DNA of 64,000 bases from Octopus vulgaris. Lineage: Eukaryota. Where the stretch lies: positions 55,738,001 through 55,802,000 of the forward strand of contig OX597833.1 in assembly GCA_951406725.2 (NCBI GenBank), read 5' to 3'. The notes under the pieces were generated by a model. It worked only from the letters and a program-made list of their open reading frames with translations, ran no database searches and was not told the DNA's origin. Shown here one piece after another: positions 56,598 to 64,000 of this stretch; positions within the stretch are counted from its first letter, which is position 1, and every line of letters begins with the position of its first letter. The position numbers and the translations under genes are program-made.

Positions 56598-57819
56598 CTA
56601 GAAAACATTTTCATTCACCACCAACATTAAATACCAAGCACAACACACCACAACAAAAGTATTAGTGTAGCTAATATGTAAAATGTCTACAATAGTCAAT
56701 GTTAAGTAAATGTGTTGATAATGAAGTATATTTATTTTGTAAGAGACTGTGATGTTAGTATTGAGATTATATTATTTATTTTTGAGATGACGCAAGCAAT
56801 CTTGCTATCATGACTATTAAATCCTTAAAATGGATATCAAAATGCATAATGAATATCTAACAAACGCGGCGTAGTTTTATATGTTAAAAAAAAAAAAGAA
56901 GCGTGCTATATTAAATATCTAATGAACAGGTAATCTAATCATCTCATGCATGGGTAATTTGTTTAATTAAACATTGATCGTCTCCGGTTTCCAAGATCTG
57001 TAGCATCAGCTAATGTCTGTTTAAGCTTGTCGACTTCAAAGGGAAAGAAAATGGCGACTGTAGCGTTCATATTTTTTTTTTTTTACATACGACAGTTTGG
57101 ATCAGTGCTTCTCAAAGTGGCCAGTGATTTTATTTGGGTATTGATAACAAAGTGGACGATAGGGGAGAAGCAATAGATGTATCATTTAATTGTTCTAATT
57201 TCCAAGGGCGGTTCGGCAAAAACAGACCGATAGAATAAGTACTAGGCTTACAAAGAATAAGACCTGGGGTCGATTTGCTCGACTAAATGGTGGTGCCCCA
57301 GCATGGCCGCAGTCAAACGACTGAAGCAAGTAAAAGAACAAAAGAATAAAAGAATATTTAGTGGGGTGGACGAAGAATTTTTAATTATTCAAAATTGCGC
57401 CTCTGATGAGAAAGAATCGTTAGTCACACGATCAATTAAGGCAAATGGAAACATGGGAGACAACCCTGATAATTATTGCTATATGACAATGAGCTAACAG
57501 GAGCTAAATGGTGGTGCTCCAGTATGGCCGCAGTCAAATGACTGAAGCAATTTTTAGTTTGTGAGCAAGTCATCTGTAATATTGGTTTAAAATTTTGGCC
57601 CAAGGCCAGCTATTTCGGGGAAGGACGTAAGACGATTATATTGATCCCATTGCTCGACTAGTAATTATTTTATCGACCTCGAAAGGATGAAAGGCAAAGA
57701 GGCCCAGGGAGGAACTTGAACTTAGAACGTAAAGACGGACGATATGCCACTAAGCATTTTGCACGGAGCGGTAACGACTCTGCCAGCTCGCCGCCTTGAC
57801 GTAAAAGAGATCTCTCTCT

Positions 57820-58769
<950 letters not shown>

Positions 58770-58954
58770 ATCTGGCAATATTAGTAACTGAAATGCTTGT
58801 TTGCTTTTTCTTTAACAATCCCTTTTATATTGATGCGCAAGGAGTCTTTTAACAGCGTTTCTGCGCATTTGAGAAGATTAGTCGCTTTTGGGGATTTCAG
58901 CGGGTTTACAGATACAGCAATCGAATCATGAACATTGTTCTATAGCCATAGGGT

Positions 58955-59115
58955 TTATTAGACGGCTTTCAAATAGAACGCCGTTGCTGAATTATCGGAG
59001 TATCGATATGGAATGATCACATTTAATGAACTTGCTTTTGTTAACCGACCATTTCTGAATCAATTAAACAGACATCGGCTCCGCTTTTACGGCCATGTAA
59101 TTCGAATGGAACACA
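58955..59115 (+). mobile_element. Old RTE-like LINE remnant
   Basis: Translates to LNQLNRHRLRFYGHVIRME, preceded by LDGFQ...IIGVS.WNDHI. Confidence 0.65.
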
Positions 59116-59571
59116 TGACTGTTACCTTAAAAGCTACTTACGTATTTCCGATTGGATCGTATTGAATGAAGCGTAAAAACGAAATTACACGAGGAAGATT
59201 CGAAAACTATTTCACTGAAAAAGTATTCAAATTGTATGGAGAAATTATCAGCGTCATACATCTGGCAGAAACAACAACAGCAGCAATAATAACAAAACAA
59301 AACCAGCAGATGGAAGGAAGGAAATTGTCCTTGAGTTTGATTTATTGACACCTAAAGAAAGGAAATACTTTGAGCCCTCCTTTCCTAGGAAATTCATCAT
59401 TATTGTCGGCAGTTTTAGGGATACAGAAGAATCTGTGTGAAATTTAAACTGTGCGTGCCAATGTCTCTTAAAGATGTTAGCTGGTGTGGCTATATCTAGG
59501 AGGATATATATGGCGGTAGGAAGGTGTTACAACTGATCGGACCGACAGGATATAGCTCTACCAAATGTTTT

Positions 59572-60170
59572 CTTATTTCTTTATTGCCCACAAGGGGCGA
59601 AACATGGAGAGAACAAACAAGGACAGACAAAGAGATTAAATCGATTACATCGACCCCAGTGCGTGATCGGTACTTAATTTATCGACCCCGAAAGGATGAA
59701 AGGTAAAGTCGACCACGTCGGAATTTGAACTCAGAACTTAACGGCAGACGAAATACCTATTTCTTTACTACCCACAAGGGGCTAAAAACAGAGAGGGCAA
59801 ATAAGGACAGACAAACGGATTAAGTCGATTGCATCGACCCCAGTGCGTAGCTGGTACTTATTTTATCGACCCCGAAAGGATCGATTTAAGTCGACCTCGG
59901 CGGAATTTGAACTCAGAACGTAGCAGCAGACGAAATACCTATTTCTTTGCAACCCACAAGGAGCTAAACACAGAAGGGACAAACAAGGACAGACAAACGA
60001 ATTGAGTCGATTATATCGACCCCAGTGCGTAACTGGTACTTAATTTATCGACCCCGAAAGGCTGAAAGGCAAAGTCGACTTCGGCGGAATTTGAACTCAG
60101 AACGTAGCGGCAGACGAAATACTTCTAAGCATTTCGCCCGGCGTGCTAACGCTTATGCCAGCTCGCCGCC
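59572..60170 (-). mobile_element. SINE A trimer
   Basis: Junctions near 59754 and 59937. Flanking repeat aaatgttt. Confidence 0.9.
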
Positions 60171-60549
60171 TAAAATGTTTCCTAGCTGCAGGATTAGCAC
60201 TATAGTCATAGGCAAAATAATCTTCTGGACTCATACTGATTCAATTCACCTATCTGAGAACAGAAGCTAGAAGGAGGTAGTGTATATATTAAAGATAACG
60301 CAAACCAAATATAAATCTTCACTTTGACATAAAGCCACAAGCTTAGACTGAAAGCGTATGGTATATAAAAATTCCACCCACTACATAATCGGTTCTTAGT
60401 TTTAGTTTATTGACCGCGGTGGATTGGAGTTAGGAACACAAAGAATCGAATTTAATTCTGAAAATCTTTTAACTCAGTATTCTATTTTTTCTTTCTTTTT
60501 TTTTTTGCCTCTGTTATTTTTTAACTTCATAGTAATTGGCAAATATCAA

Positions 60550-60780
60550 GGCGGCGAGCTGGCAGAAACGTTAGCACGCCGGGCGAAATGCTTAGTGGTT
60601 TTTCGTCTGCCGTTACGTTCTGAGTTCAAATTCCGCCGAGGTCGACTTTGCCTTTCATCCTTTCGGGGTCGATAAATTAAGTACCAGTTCCGCACTGGGG
60701 TCGAAGTAATCGACTTAATCCGTTTGTCTGTCCTTGTTTGTCCTCTCTGTGTTTAGCCCCTAGTGGGTAGTAAAGAAATA
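60550..60780 (+). mobile_element. SINE A monomer
   Basis: TSD agtaattggcaaata. Confidence 0.9.
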
Positions 60781-61192
60781 AGTAATTGGCAAATACTTTT
60801 GTTAACTTGTATTGCTAAGTTCAAACTCTTACTTTGAATATGGCTTGGAATGGAATGTCTTTCGGACAGTTCGAGTAGCTTACAGATATATAACAGCGAG
60901 TGGTGAATGGGATTTGTTTATATGGAAATATTTAGATATATAAATGCTTCAAATTTTTCTACTTCAAAATATTTATAATTATTTATTTATCTATTTCACA
61001 CACGGTACCTTCGCATGAAACTAAGTCAATAAAGCATCTGACTATTAAACCGATCTTTCACTAGTTCGCATTTCGCCACCGGTGCGGACGTTGACAGGTG
61101 TTGAAATATTTCCTCAAGCTGGGATGAATTCCATTGTAAATTCCATTGTAATAACTGTAGATTCCATTCTCAAATATGTAAGCATTTTGCAT

Positions 61193-61423
61193 AGGCCCAG
61201 GAGTGGCTGTGAGGTAAGTAGCTTGCTTACCAACCACATGGCTCCGGGTTCAGCCTCACTGCATGGCACCCTGGGCAAGTGACTACTTCTATAGCCTCGG
61301 GCCGACCAACGCCTTGTGAGTGGATTTGATAGACGGAAACTGAAAGAAGCCCGTCGTATATATATATATATATATCGACTGGGGTCGATATAATCGACTT
61401 AATCCGTTTGGGAGAGATACTTG

Positions 61424-61468
<45 letters not shown>

Positions 61469-62125
61469 CCAACATCGACCTCAGCGGAATTTTAACTCAG
61501 AACGTAACGGCAGCCGAAATACCTATTTCTTTACTACCCACAAGGGGCTAAACACAGAGTGCACAAACAAGGACAGAAAAACGGATTAAGTCGATTACAT
61601 CGACCCTAGTGCGTAACTGGTACTTATTTAATCGACCCCGAAAGGATGAAAGGCAAATCGACCGCGGCTGAATTTGAACTCAGAACGTAGCGGCAGACGA
61701 AATACCGCTAAGCATTTCGCCCGGCTTCAATATTATCATATTGACACACCAAAAATTCTCCACGGGTGTTTGCAGTAGTGCAGACATTCATGGTTCAAGT
61801 GATGACATTAAACTGGGAGAGCGATTAGGTCTCTAGACCAAGAACAGATATAGTGCGTTCGACCTATTTCCATGCAATTTTTGTCCATCTAATTTCACTC
61901 ACAAGGCTTAGGTCGACCTAAAGGTATGGCAAGAGGGCGAGCTGGCAGAAACGTTAGCACGCCGGGCGAAATGCTTTGCGGTATTTCGTCTACCGTTATG
62001 TTCAGAGTTCAAATTCCGCCGAGGTCCACTTCGCCTTTCATCCTTTCGGGGTCGATTAAATAAGTACCAGTTACGCACTGGGGTCGATATAATCGACTTA
62101 ATCCGTTTGAGGGAGATACTTGTGC
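61193..62125. mobile_element. Cluster: SINE B head (plus), SINE A multimer fragment (minus, 61476-61725), SINE A (plus, 61936-62110)
   Basis: Matches to the family consensus sequences. Confidence 0.8.
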
Positions 62126-62199
62126 AATGAGTCAACCAATAGAATCGACATGCCCGACAGATATGATTAGTATGGTGTGTTACACCACCACCAGTGGCC

Positions 62200-62230
<31 letters not shown>

Positions 62231-62268
62231 CATAGATCCATCCATCCATCCATACATACATGCATACA

Positions 62269-62300
<32 letters not shown>

Positions 62301-62402
62301 GACAGACAGACAGACAGACAGACACAGACAGAGCTCGTCACTCGTGCAGACAGCAAACACACATTTACAGCAACACTATACGCATACACACACACACACA
62401 CA

Positions 62403-62479
<77 letters not shown>

Positions 62480-62834
62480 TACTCACATCCACACGGGACA
62501 CACATTCACACATGCGCATAGCAGACGCATACACCGAGCTTCTGAGGGAAATAGTGAAGGGAGGAACAAGACTACTTTCGGGTCCCCGGGGGAAGGAATA
62601 AGGCTCTCAAGATTGAAGGAGGCTGTGAATTGGGGATTTTTTTTTTCTGTTAGGGGAGGGTTACGTCAGATATTTAAAAACTCCTTTTTGTCTCTCTGTC
62701 CTCCATCACCACCACACCGATGTACCAACTGACCCCAGCCCCCTAAGTCCATCACTCACAAGCAAAAAAAAAAAAAACACCCAAATACACACGTGACCCG
62801 ACCCACAACCAATTCATGCGAACAATGAACACAA

Positions 62835-62954
62835 GGCGTGGCTGTGCGGTAAGAAGTTTGCTACCAGGCCACAAGGTTCCGGGTTCAGTCTCACTGCGAC
62901 CAAAGCATTGTGAGTGTGGATTTGCCAGACGGAAACTGAAAGAAATCCATCACG

Positions 62955-62994
<40 letters not shown>

Positions 62995-63220
62995 TATGTG
63001 TGTGTGTGCTTGTGTGTATGTGTGTGTGTGTGTGCGCGTATGTGTGTGTGCTTGTGTGTGTGTGCGTGTGGTTGTGCCCTGTTACTGTTTGACAACCGGT
63101 ATTGATGTGTTTACATCCCTGTAACTTAGTGATTCGGCAACAGAGAACCGATAAAATAAGTATCAAGCTAAACAAAAAATAAGTATTGGGGTCAATTCTT
63201 TGAACTAAAATTCTTCAAGG
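62835..63220 (+). mobile_element. Diverged SINE B
   Basis: Head, microsatellite and tail are colinear with the consensus. Confidence 0.8.
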
Positions 63221-63520
63221 AACAAAAGCAATAGAGAAATGAAAAGAACATTCCATCCATATTAAGCAGTTGTATACCTGCTCTTGCCCACCCCTGCATG
63301 ATACCCTTTTCCTATTATTTTTTCAGCCACCAGAGTAACATGAGACTTACGAAAGGAGAGCTTTATATTACTCAGAATGTGTGAAGCAAGGGCTAACTAA
63401 AAGTCTGAAACCAAGCGTGGGTGTTTGGGCCTAAACTTATAAAGAATGCTTTGGACAGGGAAAAAAAAGGGTTAAATTTTGTTCCTTACTGGAGTTCCGT
63501 CAAACGTAAGTTTATTGAGA

Positions 63521-63939
63521 GGCGGCGAGCTGGCAGAACCGTTAGCACGCCGGGCGAAATGCGTAGCCGTATTTCGTCTGCCGTTACGTTCTGAGTTCAA
63601 TTTCCACCGAGGTCGACTTTACCTTTCATCCTTTCGGGGTCGATAAACTAAGTACCAGTTACGCACTGGGGTCAATGTAATCGACTTAATTCGTTTGTCT
63701 GTCCTTGCTTGTCCCCTCTATGTTTAGCCCCTTGTGGGTAGTAAAGAAATAGGTATTTCGTCTGCCGTTACGTTCTGAGTTCAAATTCCACCGAGGTCGA
63801 CTTTGCCTTTCATCCTTTCGGGGTCGATAAAATAAGTACCAGTTACCCACTGGGGTCGATATAATGGACTTAATCCCTTTGTCTGTCTTTGCTTGTCCCC
63901 TCTATGTTTAGCCCCTTGTGGTTGTGGGTAGTAAAGAAA
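63521..63939 (+). mobile_element. SINE A dimer
   Basis: Junction at 63751/63752. TSD attgagaggc (63514-63523 and 63941-63950) encloses both units. Confidence 0.9.
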
Positions 63940-64000
63940 CATTGAGAGGCAGGCAGTGCCATCGAGTTCAATGCAAAAATAAATATATCATAAAAAGAAA

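Noticed and set aside
59142-59261. 120-nt minus-strand exon candidate with good splice signals (MYDADNFSIQ...NRKY)
   Set aside because: Its only open frame ends in phase 0, which cannot join the phase 1 exon at 56597, and the peptide has no recognisable motif. Worth an RNA-seq look only.

Overview
This is eukaryotic, AT-rich DNA saturated with microsatellites and almost entirely non-coding. The repeat families look like those of Octopus genomes; that is recognition from memory, not a database result. Nearly every ORF in the supplied track is a microsatellite or SINE artefact. Mobile elements I can support: at least five tRNA-derived SINE families, a ~560-bp retroposon embedded in (TAA)n, non-autonomous Helitrons, a DD37D/maT-like transposase relic, and RTE, L1/Tx1-like and Jockey/CR1-like LINE 3' fragments. 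Other features: a decayed tRNA-Gly(TCC) and one credible minus-strand coding exon (56346-56597, C-type-lectin-like). Three observations stand out. (1) Several unrelated small elements in (TA)n tracts carry minimal type I hammerhead ribozyme motifs of the Penelope kind. Three are head-to-head foldbacks, and one of these joins a tRNA-like Pol III head to the hammerhead in a ~660-bp spacer-less palindrome. (2) One SINE inserts as head plus 1-3 precise 184-bp units that share one recurrent junction, and its 3' tail matches an L1/Tx1-like LINE found inside (GATA)n. (3) Different elements appear to occupy different microsatellite classes.
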